Source of the DNA: Protoeuglena noctilucae
Lineage: Eukaryota
Direction: 5' to 3'
Assembly (NCBI GenBank): GCA_958009085.1
Contig: OY253687.1
Location: 682,001 to 746,000 of the forward strand
Length of the DNA stretch: 64,000 nt
In this document: piece after piece, positions 12,239-25,464 of the stretch
How positions within the stretch are numbered: position 1 is the stretch's first letter
Layout: each line of letters begins with the position of its first letter
The notes under the pieces: generated by a model
Databases searched by the model: none
Told to the model about the DNA's origin: nothing
The model's input: the letters and a program-made list of their open reading frames with translations, nothing else
Made by a program: the position numbers and the translations under genes

Positions 12239-13952
12239 TCATCGCCGCGCCCGTGCTGGGCCACTCTGCGCCAAGGCTCGCAGCACCCCAAGAGCCGCCT
12301 GGTCCGCTGCCGTGCCACCCTGCTCCTCCAAAATGGTCTCCACGTCCGCCGCCCGCGCCACCTGCCGCCCAGCGCCGCGCCCCATGGCCGTGGCCGCGCC
12401 CACCGCGTTGGCCAGCGACAGCGTCACGTCCTCGCCCAGGCGCTGAGAGAACCCCGCGACCACCGCGGCAGCGAAGGAGTCACCGCAGCCTACCGTGTCG
12501 GCCACTGGCACCTGCGGGGGACCAGAGTGCGGAACGTGGGAGCGAGCGGTGGTGCCACGTACTCCCATCACTGTCACTGACCGTCACTGCCTGTGGCAGT
12601 GGCCTGGCAACTGCGATGGAGGGTGAAGCGCACCTTGAACCCCGGTCGGTGCACCACGGCCCGAGAGGACCGCGTCACGAGCGTGCTGCCGCGCCCGCCC
12701 TGCTTGACCACCACCCACTCGAGCCGGGAGCCGGGGCCCGCGAGGAGAGCCCTCGCCATCGACACCGCGTCCCTCTCGCCCGTGACCGCCTGCGAGCGCG
12801 GCACGGCGACGAAAGCTGTAACAAAGGCGTACAACGCAAGCCGACGGGTCCGGAATCAGCAAATGTAAAACTGCTACCTCACCTCTCCTTCCTCCTCTGT
12901 GACCAGCACTCCGTCGGACACGGCCAGGACGGCATCGAGGGCTTCCCTGCGCGGCCCCTCACGCATCGTCCAGCAGCGCGGGCCTGGGTCGAAAAACACC
13001 GACGCCCCGCTCCCACGGGCTTCCTGGCAAGCCTCCAGGACGGTCTGCGGGTCGTGGTAAGGTACCACTGCGTCGGCGTCGTTGCGTGCTCGAGCAGCGG
13101 AGCGGCAGAGCAGCAAGACGCAAGGGTGTCTGTCATCGCTGGGTAAAGATGTCAATTGTCAGTCGCACCTGTAAGGGTAGCTCGTCAAAGGTGAATCCGT
13201 TGATCCAGACAGCTCCCGTGTGTCGCAATGCGTCGCGTGCCTGAGTGCTGAGCTGCACGGAGGTGCCCAAAAGCGGCCAGGGGCCGAAGTCGTAGCTGCT
13301 GACAAACGCATGGCGTCCTTGGGGATCCACGAGCACGTAGCACACCAGCGTGTCCGTGGGGCCGCTGGGGCTGTTGGCGACCGGCACCAGCTGAACACCC
13401 TCCTCGTCCACCATGACGCGGCGCATGAAGTCGCCGAAAGCGTCCCTGCAGCGCAGGATAGCCCAACAGTTCGCCGATCCTCCGCAAAAAAGCCAGAAGC
13501 GCATTGCAGAGCTGCGGTGCCACTCACCTCCCCAGGTGGCCCACGCTGACGCTCGACAGACCTATGCGAGACGCAGCGATGAGAAAGTTCGTGTTCCCGC
13601 CAACCTCCCAAGTCTCGGGCTCGGGAGGGCGGTCGGAGCGCTGCCGCAACAGGGCAACGCGTCCCTCGACGTCCGTTGCGGCGGGAAGGGCGGGAAGCGG
13701 GACCACCACGTCAACACATAGGTTGCTCAGTGCCACAACATCACTCCCGGGCCTCTCCGCGATCGCTCGCGCGGCCAGCGTTGCGCGGGCACCCCGACCA
13801 TCCCAACGCGAACGACCGCGGCGAGGCAGATCCGCGTAACCGCGCTCCGGGCTCAGGTGTGTGAGCTGGCCATATCCATACACAACCGCGCGGCGTTCAG
13901 ACGTCGACGCGATCCCCGTGGAGGCCGGGGCCCCAGGTACGAGGCTGCCCAT
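12239..13952 (-). CDS. PfkB/ribokinase-family kinase, plastid nucleoside kinase (PNK1)-like
   Basis: DVVALSNLCVDVV, WEVGGNTNFLIAASRIG, FFDPGPR, VVVKQGGRGS and DTVGCGDSF (PfkB signature). Confidence 0.88.
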
Positions 13953-14255
13953 CCGCAGCCGCGACCTTTGGATTTCCAGCAGCGCCGCGCCAGCTAAGAG
14001 AGTCTACTGGGCTGGAAAGAGATGCACGGATGCTCCGTGTCGCGCTGCGGATGGCTCCTACGGCTCGCACGGCTTCGGTTACGGGCGCTGCAAGCACGAG
14101 CGCAGCGCTGAGCGCAGGGATGACGTTCGCAATCAGTTCACAAGTGCAGGGTGATGCCACCCTTGCCAAAGACAGCGCAGGCGCGGCTGTGACTGGCAGT
14201 GACAGCGACGCTTCTGGGTGACAACGGTGAACATTGTCGCACAGCACTGGGGCGC

Positions 14256-16503
14256 TTAAGCGCTCGCAGCCAGCTCGCGCCCCTCCGCCTCCTCGCTCTC
14301 CTCAACGACGCAGTGCTCGAAGCCCTCCTGCAGCAGCGCCGCGTCGAGCTCCCGCCCGATAAAGACCATCTTTGACACGCGGCGCTCGCCCTCCTTCCAC
14401 TTGGTCCCCGGCAGGCCGTCGAACATCATGTGCACGCCCTGGAACACGAAGCGCTCCTCGACTCCCTTGATGGCCAGGATGCCCTGCACGGAGGGAGCGG
14501 GGGCGACTTGCTCGCCCCAGTACCACCCAAAACACGGCTCTGCAAGCCTGTCGACCTCGCATGCGCCCCGCAGTCTCACCTTCATGCGGTAGATGTCCTC
14601 CCCGCGGAACTGCACCACCATGCCCAGCCACTGGTTGACCTTCTCCAGGTCGAGCTCCCCGTCGATGCGAAGCGACACTGAGGAAACGAAGGCGCATAGG
14701 ATGGAACCTCGCGACGTCGCCGTATGCAACCATTTGCATGTTTGAATGAATAATTCAAGCGCGCCAGGGCTCACCCGACTTGACGAGGTCGTCGTGGATC
14801 TCGTGGTTGCAGTCCGCCCCGCACTTGTGCCCCTCCTCTCCGTGCGCCGGGTTGCCGTGCGCGTGGGCGTGCGAGTGATCGTGGTGCTCGTGCCCGCAGT
14901 CCGGCCCGCACTTGTGCCCTTCCTCCCCATGAGCATGGGCATGCGCGTGACCGTGCTCGTGCTCATGCCCGTGCTCATGCTTGTGGTCATGGTCGTGACT
15001 GCACCCCGGCCCGCACTGGTGCCCCGCCTCTCCGTGCGCCGGGTTGCTCTCCTTCAGCAGCTCCCCGTTCACCTCGGCCTCGACTCGCTCGAGGTCAAAC
15101 CCACCCACGCCCAGAACCCAGCCGAGGTCCACCTTGGACATGCGGGACTCGCGCACCTGCGCCGCCCGGTTGATCTCGCGGATCCTGCGGGGGCGCCGAT
15201 GACCTTGTGACGCGTCAGACGCACTGGCGTGTCCCAGCCCGTCCAAATGCGCCTGCTCAGCTCACACTCGCGGGGCCGCTTGCGCTGCACAACCCCTGCT
15301 ATACGTATCCTCCCGAGAGACAACTGGCACCCCAGCCCTATAAACCCAGAAACTGGGGTTAGACCCGTTCCCGCACCTGCTAAGCACCTTGGCCTTCTGG
15401 GCATCGTCCACCAGGTCGCACTTGTTGAGCAGGATGCGGTCCGCATACGCTACTTGCTCCACGGCCTCGTTCACCGCTCCGTTCTCAGCCTTCCGGTCCA
15501 TTTGCATCATCGCGTGCTGCGAGGGGCGCGTGCGTGGAGCCGTGACGCTAACAACCCCATCGCTCGCGCAGCCAAGCACAGCCGTGAAACCAACCATCAC
15601 GACCACGTGAGACACCAAACGGGCTGCTGAACGGCACTTGTGCGGCGGGGCAGAATCCGGCTCGACGGCCGTGGCACGCCCGGCCTGGGCATCGCTCCGT
15701 CGCTCACCTTGGCGTCCACGACCGTGACGACCCCGTCGACTGCGTACTGTTGGAACAGGTTCGGCTCCGCGAAGAAGGTCTGGAGGATCGGCGCGGGGTT
15801 CGCGAGACCCGTGGTCTCAATCACGATGTGGTCGAAGCTGCTGCGGCGCTCCAGGAGGCTCTCCAGGGTCTTGACCAGATCCCCGCGCACGCTGCAGCAC
15901 AGGCACCCGTTGTTCAGCACCACGACCTCCTCGGCCCCGAGGTCCTGCTTCAGGGCGACCAGCTCCCCGTCGATGTCCGTCTCGCCAAACTCGTTCTGCA
16001 AGGGGACACAGCAACGCGAACAGGGTGGGTCACCAAAGCACCGAGCACGGGCAGGGTGCTTGACCTCGACATCTCTGGAAGTTAGCGACACGCCAGTCCA
16101 TGAATGCACGGATCTGCTACGTGCGAACGCGCACCTCGATGACGGCGATGCGGAGGCCGTGGTCGCCCTGCAGGATGTGGTTGAGAAGCGTGGTCTTGCC
16201 GCTGCCCAGGAAGCCCGTCAGAATGGTGACCGGGATCTTGGTATCCTGCTCCGCGGATGCCGGAGCAGCGGGCTGCGCGGCCTGGCTCGCGGCCTGGACC
16301 GCCGCGCGGCCCCGGGGCGCGACGTCCACCGTCAGCGGACGCCACGCATCCATGACGCGCGCCGGCACGCGTCGCGGGAGCTCCGCGGCGCACATGGCCT
16401 GCGTGGAGGTGCGCATAGTGACGTTGGTCCCGAAGCGGCAAACGCGGGGGCCCCAGCGTGCGTGCGCCGGCGCGAGGGAGGCCGTGGTTTGGTACCAAGC
16501 CAC
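14256..16503 (-). CDS. COG0523/CobW-family G3E metallochaperone GTPase (ZNG1-like) with transit peptide and His/Cys-rich insert
   Basis: [54 protein letters not shown]-terminal RMKG...FQGVH...VFIGR. Confidence 0.93.
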
Positions 16504-17019
16504 CAGACCGAGGCGCGAGCCCTCGCCTTCGCCGTCCGCGCGGTCCCGACCTCCCTTCCCGCGACATAGCTAGCCTTCAGTGTCGAACACATGTTCATGG
16601 TCTCCCCGATGCGGTCGTGGCGCCAGGCTGCGTGCGGAAAGGACCGGGTCAGCTACAACGGTGCGCGCCTCTCCTGGGGACCGGGGGCGCGGTTCCGCAG
16701 ACACACTCGCTTCACATAACAACAACCGCACCTTTGGCAACCGCGGACGCCTTGCATACCGCACACGCGGGCCGAGGAGGGGGCACGTCTGAGCCACGGG
16801 AGCTACTCGCCAGGCAGCGGCGATTCGCGCAGCAATGAAGTATCAGCGCAGTGGGTGAAGCCAGCGACACGAATGTGGTCTCGGCCGGTCGCTGGGCGAT
16901 GCATGTTCGCTGCCCTCGCCGTGCCACTGGCACCGACGGAACCGGCGACCTAAAGCGGCTCGCGCCGGACCTGCCGACAGATCCGTATCTTTGATCCGCG
17001 GCAGGTCCAGGGAACAGCC

Positions 17020-19222
17020 ATGGCCAGCCTCACGTCCATCGCCCAGGTCTCGGCCTCGACCACCGGCCGCAGGACGGCCGAGGTCGCCAAGGTGCGAAGC
17101 GCGTCCTGCTTTTCCGTTGTTCAGATGCATGCCGGGGACTCGGCGAGTGATCTCGTTCCCCCACGGGCTGCATCCGGCCTTGCCAAGTGCCCGGAGCGGC
17201 GTCGCCGCTCTGGACGCGGGCGCCTTCCACCCGCAAGCTCTCTGGGAGCGCGAGTGACGACATTGCGGCGATGCGCGTCCGCTGGGGCCCGGGGCGCGCG
17301 CTTGGCCCTTGACGAATGCCGGCCCTCAGTTTGGCGATTATCCTGCCGGGCGCGGCGCCGCGCCAGCCCGATCGGGAGCGCTGGTCGTGCTCAATAAGCG
17401 CATAAATGGCGATTTCGGATGGCTGTGTCGGTTTCGGGGCCCCTCGCTCCCTGGCGGGGCTGGACAGCGCCCCAGGGAAAGCAACACGGCTGCCGCTTCC
17501 TCTGGCGAAGCCGTGACGCCTCCACGATGCCCTACCAGACCATTGGCATCGATGTCTTCCTGGCGACGCTCTAGGAGCTTCCCCGCGACGCGCGTGCCTC
17601 CATTTCCCCGCAGGCCTCCGTGATGCGGAGCGCGGCGTCCGCGTCCTCCAAGGCCTCCGCCTTCGCCGGCTCGCGCGCCGGCGTCGCGCAGGGCAAGTCC
17701 GCCCGCGGCGCTGCCCGCTCGGCTCGCCGGGCCGTCGCCGTCTCCGCCAAGCTGGGGCAGTACCTGGAGGAGTTCCTGCTGGAGAACGTGAAGGAGAACG
17801 ACGTCCGCCAGTCCATGCTGGCCCTTTCCGAGGCCTCGCGCGCCATCGCCCACAAGGCGAGTGACAGCCCAACCGGCCCTTCCCTCCCCGTTCCACACGG
17901 TCGCGTCATCCGCACCATGCACGCGACCTCCTGCAGGTCCGCACCGCGTCCTGCGACGCCATCGGCTGCGTCAACTCGTTCGGCGACAACCAGCTCGCCG
18001 TCGACGTGCTGGCGGACAAGACCCTGTTTGAGTCCCTCCGCTTCTCCAATGTCTGCTTTGCCGCGTGCTCGGAGGAGGTGCCCGAGCCCGTTCCCATGAA
18101 CCCGGAGGCCAACCTCTGCGTCGCCTTCGACCCCCTCGACGGCTCGTCCATCATCGACACCAACTTCTCCGTCGGTACCATCTTTGGCGTGTACCGGTGA
18201 GCCCCACACGCCGTGCGATGCTGGCACAGGCGCTTTGGTCAGGCAACGCGGCGCGAGGAGCTAAGGGGTCCGTCTTGTCGGCCCAGCGGCCCCAAATGTG
18301 CTACCAGCATCGCCTCTGCAGGGGCAAGGCCCTCAAGGGCATCACCGGCCGGGACCTGGAGGCTGCGGGCATCACCCAGTACGGCCCCCGCACGGTCTTC
18401 TGCGTGGCGTTCAAGGAGGTCCCCGGGTGCCACGAGTTCCTGCTGCAGGTGCGGAGACACTAAGGGATGGTGGCGATGTGGCGAACTGTGTTTGCAAACC
18501 CATGGGGTGGCCCCGTGGAATGGGTTTCCTACCGCAGCGATGGGGCCGGGTCATGATGGGTCGCACGCCTCGGTGCACGCAGGACGATGGGCGCTGGGTG
18601 CACGTGAAGGAGACGCACCAGATCAAGGAGGGCAAGATGTTCAGCCCTGGCAACCTGCGCGCCACGTTCGACAACGAGCCCTACGAGAAGCTCATCAACT
18701 ACTACCTGACGGAGAAGTACACGCTCCGCTACACGGGCGGCATGGTGCCCGACGTGTTCCAGATCATCGTCAAGGAGAAGGGTGTCTTCACCAACATCTC
18801 CTCGCCCTCTTCCAAGGCCAAGCTCCGGTGAATGCGGGCGGCGTGGGAGGGGCGGCATTAAGGCAGGCACAATGAGCGCACAATGAGACGGGCGCACATG
18901 AGACGGGCATGTGGGGTGCACGCAGGGGTGCAGCGAGCGCCCAGCCGGCGCCGGAAAGAGTCCTCAGCTGGCGCAGGTTGACGTGGCGAGCGAGAGCGCC
19001 CCGCACCGCCCCCGCAGGATCCTTTTCGAGGTGGCGCCCATCGCTCTGCTCATTGAGAAGGCGGGCGGCGCCTCGTCCGTCGACGGTGTGTCGGCCCTCG
19101 ACGTGCCGATCGAGGCGTACGATCAGCGCACGCAGATCATCTACGGGTCCAAGGGGGAGGTGGCTTTCGCCGAGAAGACGCTCTACGGCAAGTCCGTACG
19201 CTTCGAGCAGGTCCTGGCCTGA
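17020..19222 (+). CDS. SBPase: Sedoheptulose-1,7-bisphosphatase, chloroplast
   Basis: Transit peptide, [17 protein letters not shown] (redox CxxxxC), [59 protein letters not shown]. Confidence 0.97.
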
Positions 19223-19504
19223 TCGGGCAAGTCCTGGCCTGATCGGCCTGAACCCGTCCTAGGCTATGCGTAGCCCCGTCACGTGTTGATACCGCTTGGG
19301 TGCGAGATAGGTGGGCCACCCTAGGCCTGCGTTCAATACAGCAAAATCGTGACACGTCAGCAGCTGGCACGCCCGTTCCGGCCGCGCGAAGGTTTAGGGG
19401 CTCCTGCGCACGGTCTCCGACATTCGCTTAGTAGAGAGCGAGATTCGCAGGGCGGCCTTAGCACGAGTGAACCTCCGTCGACGCGATATCGCCCGTCCTT
19501 GCGC

Positions 19505-22306
19505 ATGCACACCAATCACCCGCCGAGGACTCGCAATCTCGATGTTTCAGAGCTCGACGAGCTCCTGCGGGAGCTTGTTGACGACACGGGCGCGGAACGC
19601 GTGCTCCTGCTGCCCTCTCGCCGCGGGGCGGGGCCCATCCGTGGGTGGTGAGAGGGACACCCACAGGGAGGGCCAATTGGGCGCATGTCGCCATGTCTGA
19701 GAGAAATGCTGACGACTCCTCAAACAATCTCATCTGACAGACTTGACGGGAGACTGGCAGGCCCATCTGCTGCGAATTCGCGGCGCTTGTGCACCGACAT
19801 TTGCGCGGGGCGGACATTCGCGCCGCGCCGGAGCGCAGCTGCGACGACTTAGAGCTGCCCGCCCTTACCGACCACGCAGGGTCTCGGGTTCGTCGGACTC
19901 TCGTTAGGATCGCGGCATCAGCCAGCGACGACTCCAAGAGGGAGGACCGCTCCAAGAAGGGCTCGTCGTACGAGCAGGGGACGCGACGGCGCGGGAGGCC
20001 TGCGTGGAAGCGCTCCCCCTATGACACGCCCCTCCGGGATGGCAATCGCGACCGTTTGATCGGCCTCGTGACCGGTGCGTGCAGATTACGCTGCACTGCT
20101 GCCTAGGCGCGCCCTCGAGGGCTATATGCGGCCCTCCGACCCGCCACTGCAACAAAATCGTCGGATTTGCCTGCCGCGATCGCAGACCGCGCGGCTAGGA
20201 TGCTGTGCACGGAGCTGTCTCTGGGCCCGGATGCAGCGCTGGGGGCGTGGTTCCTCGCGTTCGTCGAGCGGCACCCGATTCCTCGCGACGGCGCCTGGGA
20301 CGACGTCTCCGGCGAGGCTTTCCTCAGGTGCGCGGGCCGCCGTCGACTCGTCCCAGTTTGCTAAATAGGGCGGCATGCCTTGACCACATCCTCGCCCGCC
20401 GCCTGTGGATATCTCGTGCTCTTCGCCGGCTCAGGGCGCTCCTGACGATGGACTTCACCTCGTCCGAGTGGGACGCGGCGCTGTTCGGGCCCTTGGTGGC
20501 CGCGCAGGGCGACCCGGTCGAGGTGGATGTTAAACTGGATGCCGACGAGGACGTCCCGCGGATGGACCCGCGAGCCCTGGCGTTGCGTGTCATGGAATTG
20601 AGGTGCGGTTGGGCGTTGGGATGATGCGGAGATATCGGTCGAGCGAAGCGCGCGAGGGCCCAGTCGAGTCATCGATCGCAGGGCGCAAGTCGCGGCGGAT
20701 TTCACGGCTGTTCTGGGCGGCGTGAAGGACGCCAATGCCGAGCTGCTGCGGGAGGTCCTGCAGCGGTCCCTGGAAGGGTCGGGGGGCGAAAGCACCAGCA
20801 CGGTGACGGCAGGAGGCGCATGGATGGCGTGCATCCGCCACCGATGATCCCCTCAACATCTGGGGATATAAATAGCATTTCAGCAAGCTGCCTCCGCCGC
20901 GTGACGCTGCAGAGTACGACTGAGAAAGAGAAGGAGAAGGACGGCAAGGCGGAGGCGGAGGCCGGCTCCGAAGCTGTGAGCAAGGCGCCCTCTGCTGCGG
21001 CCACTGCAGCCACCGACGGCAAGGACCAGGGACCGGCCAAGGGCGCCTCCAAAGACGCTGGCGCAGCCAATGGCAAGGCCAAGGGCGAGACCAAGAGCGA
21101 GGGCGACCTTTCGCAAGACGCCTCGCCCACGGCCGTGGCGACGCGCAAAGCCAACTCCGAGCGCATCATCGGGCTTTTGACCGGTGAGCACGGAAAGGGC
21201 TCTGATACATTGCAAGCTTGTGTGCTGCACTCCTAGGTCATCTCATATCAATTGCTGCCTCCCTCGCATTGCCACGCCATGATGCGTCACTGCCCGTGCA
21301 TTGCATCACATCGCCGCGGCTGATCCCCGCAGCATAAATCAAATAACACTTGTCACCCTTGCCCGATCACCCTCGCCTTGTTGCCTCCCACGCAGACCGC
21401 GCGTCGAAGACGCTGGCGTATTACTTGATGGAGACCAACCCGACCCTCTGCGCCTGGTGGACTGACTTCCTCCGGGTGTCCCGCATCACGTGGGACCAGG
21501 GCGGACCCCACGCGTCCGGCGAGATCTTCCTCAGGCGAGTGCGGGTAGTCACGCACCCTCATGTCTGATCGTGCTTTCCATGCTCGGTTGCCAGCCTGTT
21601 CGTCTGTTCGCTGTTGCACGGTTGCGCTCTATCGACTGGAGTAGGGCCGCGACGTTGCACACAGCAGCACCTTGTGCCATGCGCAACGGCGCCACAAGCA
21701 CGCTTCACACGCGACCGCACTCGCATGACCCATGCTGTGATGGCTCCCATCGTGCATCGCAGGCGCCTCTTCTCGATGAACCTGACGACGGCGTCGTGGG
21801 GCGAGCACGTGGGGATGGACGAGATGTACCGCAACTTTGGCGCCATTGCCGTGGACCCCCGCCAGATGGCGCAGCGGGTGATGGACATCCGGTGAGTGGA
21901 GAACCATGCAATAGAGATGCGCAACATCAGGCAATAGAGATGCGTAACAGCAGGCGGTAGAGGCATAGCGGGTGATGGACATCCGGTGAGGGGAGCAGCA
22001 GGCGGTAGTGAGCATAACAACAGGCAATAGAGGTGCATAGTGGGTGATGGCCATTTGTGGGAGGAGCAGCACTCCCTCACCCCACTCTCGCTTGCGCCCC
22101 CTCCCTGCTCATCCCACCTGACACCACCACCACCACCACGTGTCCCCACCCCCAGTGCCCAACTGGCCAAGGAGTTCATCGATGATCTGTCCAACATGGA
22201 GGAAGAGAACGCGATCTTGTACCGGGAAGCCCTGCAGAGGTCGTTCCAGTTCACCGTCAAGAGCATGGACGACCTCAACGACCTCGCGGGTGGCAAGAGG
22301 GCCTAA
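19505..22306 (+). CDS. Protein with two tandem RbcX-like domains joined by a ~110-aa K/E/A/G-rich linker (5' end uncertain)
   Basis: In-phase exons: ~19880-20074, 20186-20327, 20435-20602, 20682-20802, 20913-21183, 21396-21534, 21763-21891, 22156-22306. Motifs LLTDRAS...LMETNP...W...F, SGEIFLRRL, AQRVMDIRAQLA and EEENAILYREAL. Confidence 0.75.
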
Positions 22307-23028
22307 GCACGGGGCGATGAGAGCTTCTGACCGACGGCGGGTCGATGGGTGGGTCATGGGTGGCAAGAGCACCTAAGCGAGGGCGACAACACCGCCTGTG
22401 CCACAACGGGTGGGCGTGCCTTGCCCCATCACAGCCTGCATGTTGCCATCCAATCATGCTCGCTTTTTCCCGCCAGCGTTTTCCCCAGATTGCTGGTCGG
22501 GACCAGCCATTTGGCAGACCACATGTTTGTTTGTTGTTTGTTTGTTTGTTTCCGTGTCTCATTTTGCCAGGATGAGTCGACTTGGCACGCCCCACCCCTC
22601 CTCGTGCACCTCTCTCCTGCCCGGCAGCAGCCCAGCTCTGCCGAGCGTCATGATTCTGGCAAGACGCAATCCAGCCGGATGATTCCTTAGTCAGGGAACG
22701 CAGGACCGGCAATCGCTCGTTTCGCGCTTTATGCCGCGGACCGAGGCTAGCAGCTCCTCCGCACAGTGCGGGGGATGGCACATGCCCTGGGCCTGACTCA
22801 GTAGCGAGCCTTAAGCGAGCCCTGCGGGGCGCGCCGTTGAATGAACGCGTTGCTTGTGAACTACACTTGTGGCGTGGCGACTCATGGCAGCTTTACAGTC
22901 GCGTGCGCACCCAGCAATGCCTCTAGTCCAGCTGGCAGAGCAATACGTGGCAGTCCACCATGCTCCCTCTCCACTCCACTCCACTACGCTCCCCCACTGC
23001 GCTCACTCTTCCCTCCACCGTGCACCCT

Positions 23029-25464
23029 TCAGCTGCACGCCCGCTCCACGCGCCTCACTGCCTCCTCCAGCAACTCCGCCGCCATGTGCAGTACCCCAGC
23101 ATCCACGCCGCCCATCACGAGCCACCCTGCCGACCCCTCTGCATGCGAATTACCACCCCCGCTGGCCCCTGTGCCCGTCACTCCACCCACCGCCTGCGTC
23201 GCAGCGCCCGCCTGGCCTCGGGGCGGCACCAGGGGTCGATCGGCGTGCGTGAACCCAACTGCTGATAGGAACGCCATGGCCCCATCCAAGCGACCTGCCG
23301 CAGCTTGCAGTCGGGCGTTGGATTGGCGCAGCTGCCTCTTCTGCAGGTCGAACGGATTCGACGCCACGTTGCGCACGATGGAGAGGAGCAGCTGGAAGGC
23401 CGCCGTCGCCTGCAGGGACAGGGCGCAAGGGTGCATGAGAGGGTGGGTTACGCACAAGAGAGGTTGGGGTGCATGACATGGCAGGGTGGGGTACATGAGA
23501 GGTGAGGCCTAGCGGATGGGCCAGGTAGTCACGGGTGCAGGGGTACATGAACAGAGATGGATGGGCAAGCGTCTTGCAAAGTCTCACCTCACCTCAGCGG
23601 GGCTGCTCGCCGCCCGGACGACGCGGTCTGCCAATCCCCGCAACTCCGTCGCCTTCATCACCGCCGCGTCCGCCTCAGCGACGCCCCCGTCGATCTCCCA
23701 TGCGCCGAACACGCACGCATCGCGCCAATTATTGACGGTCCCATCCCCACCGACGCCATTGTCGGCGTCACCCCGGCCTGTGGCTAAAACATCGCTCATG
23801 TGCCAATCCTCTCCGCCCGCCTCCCCACCAGACGCCACCCCGGCATCCACGCCACCCTCACTGTCGCCGGACTGAGCGGGGGACGGGCCAGCATTGGAGC
23901 CACTCGTCCCATTAAGGCCAGGCTCAGCCCTGTTTGACGCATTGTCAGCCCTATCCCCCAAACCCTCCTGGGCCCTTTGCTCTGGATGCCCATTCCCATC
24001 TCTTGTCTGCATTGCGCTCCCAGCCGCCACCCCATCCCGTCCGCCCGCCCTTCCACCCCCTCCACGCTCCCGCTCCCGCCGGATCATCGCCAGTTGCGCC
24101 TCCACAGCCCTCAATGCCTCCTCCGCACTCATCGTCCCACTAGCGCCCCCAGCGCTCGCCCCTCCGCCCCAAAAGCGCCCCGCCTCCCGCAGCAGCTGCG
24201 CGCACGGCAGTCAGAGCATGACACACTCCCCACAAAGTCATCATGCCACAAGCCACACTCCACGCTATCCGCTTGCACCTTTTGCCATGCCCCCTGCCCC
24301 AAGCGGGGCAGTGAGAGGGTGCCAGCCACGCTCTGGTGCTGCCAGGCACCGCGCCTACTGCCCCGCTGCTGCGGTCTTACCTGGGAGTTGAATGCCTTGA
24401 AGTCGTCGTCGTGGTCGCTGAACACCATGTGCGCCAACTCGTGCACCATCACTTGGCGCACTGACTCGAATTTCCGGAAGCCCCGGAGGTCGTCCGTGCG
24501 CAGCCTGAAGGCACGGGCAGGATCGCGAAATGAACAAATGGATAAGGTTGAATGCACAGGAACCAGTTCCATGCTTAATTGCTTGGGTCTCGTACCGCAG
24601 CGCAATCTGCTGGCCGCGGTTGATGTTGACGCCGAGGACGCAGACCGGGGAGACGCCCACGAGGCCTTCCGGTGGCATCTCCCGGAGCACCGGGACGTGC
24701 CAGCGGTGCGTGCGCATGAGGTGCGCGATGCCAGGATCTGCCGCAACCCTGTGGAGGAGCGCCTCTGCTTTGTCCAGGGCCGGCGAAAGGCCCGGGCGAC
24801 GCCAGAGCTCGAATGCACCGAAACCATAGCCGCTGGAGTCTGTATAACGGGGAACGAAGGGGTTGGAACCTGTCGAAAGCGCACAGACGCAACGCGCGGG
24901 TGCGCAAAGGGTGACATTCGCACAGCAGTGCAGGCGCCCCCGGCCAGCGTCGCCTGCGCAGCCTGCGCACCCGCAGAAGGCCCCGGCTGTGACTGAAGAC
25001 TCGCTCGCAGTCGCCGTGCATGTCGCTCCATCTCCTCGTCGAAGCCAACGACCGTGCGGTCCTCGCGCAGATGCCGCAACTCGTCGATCCTCGCCGCTTC
25101 GGTACAGAGGACGACACCGCGCAGAACCCCATCCGGAGCAGAAACTCCGAACCAGCTGCTTGGAGAAACAGCGGGGGACGAGGTGCACTGGGCGCCACGC
25201 TGGAGAGCTCGCCATAACCTAATCGGTCCAATGCGCGCCATTTCACCTGCCAACGGTGGTACTCGTTGTTGCTGCCGCATACGTAAGCGGTTTCTTTCCC
25301 TTCACGATAATCTGGGCTGTCTGGATGTCCGCTGAGGCCTTGAGCTGCGTCTCGCAGGCGCAAACAACTTCCCGGAGCAAATTGAGGGCCAGGGAATCCG
25401 CTTCCACGTTGAATTCGAGCGGTGTACCACCACGAAAGGACAGAAGAAACGTACACCGCGACAT
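23029..25464 (-). CDS. Ubiquitin-like + WLM (Wss1-type) metalloprotease + PUB domain protein
   Basis: N-terminal Ubl (QIIVKGK), LREMPP...LGVNINRGQQIALR, VMVHELAHMVFSDH (HExxH), PUB-like IVRNVASNPFDLQKRQL...FLSAVGF. Confidence 0.88.

Noticed and set aside
17020..19222. Chloroplast FBPase instead of SBPase
   Set aside because: RTASC-xxxx-[15 protein letters not shown] and [13 protein letters not shown] are SBPase-type; the FBPase regulatory loop insert is absent.
19505..19651. Separate small gene (MHTNHPP...ELDELLRELVDD)
   Set aside because: Cannot tell whether it is the first exon of the RbcX-like gene, SBPase 3' UTR or a chance ORF, so it is not called independently.
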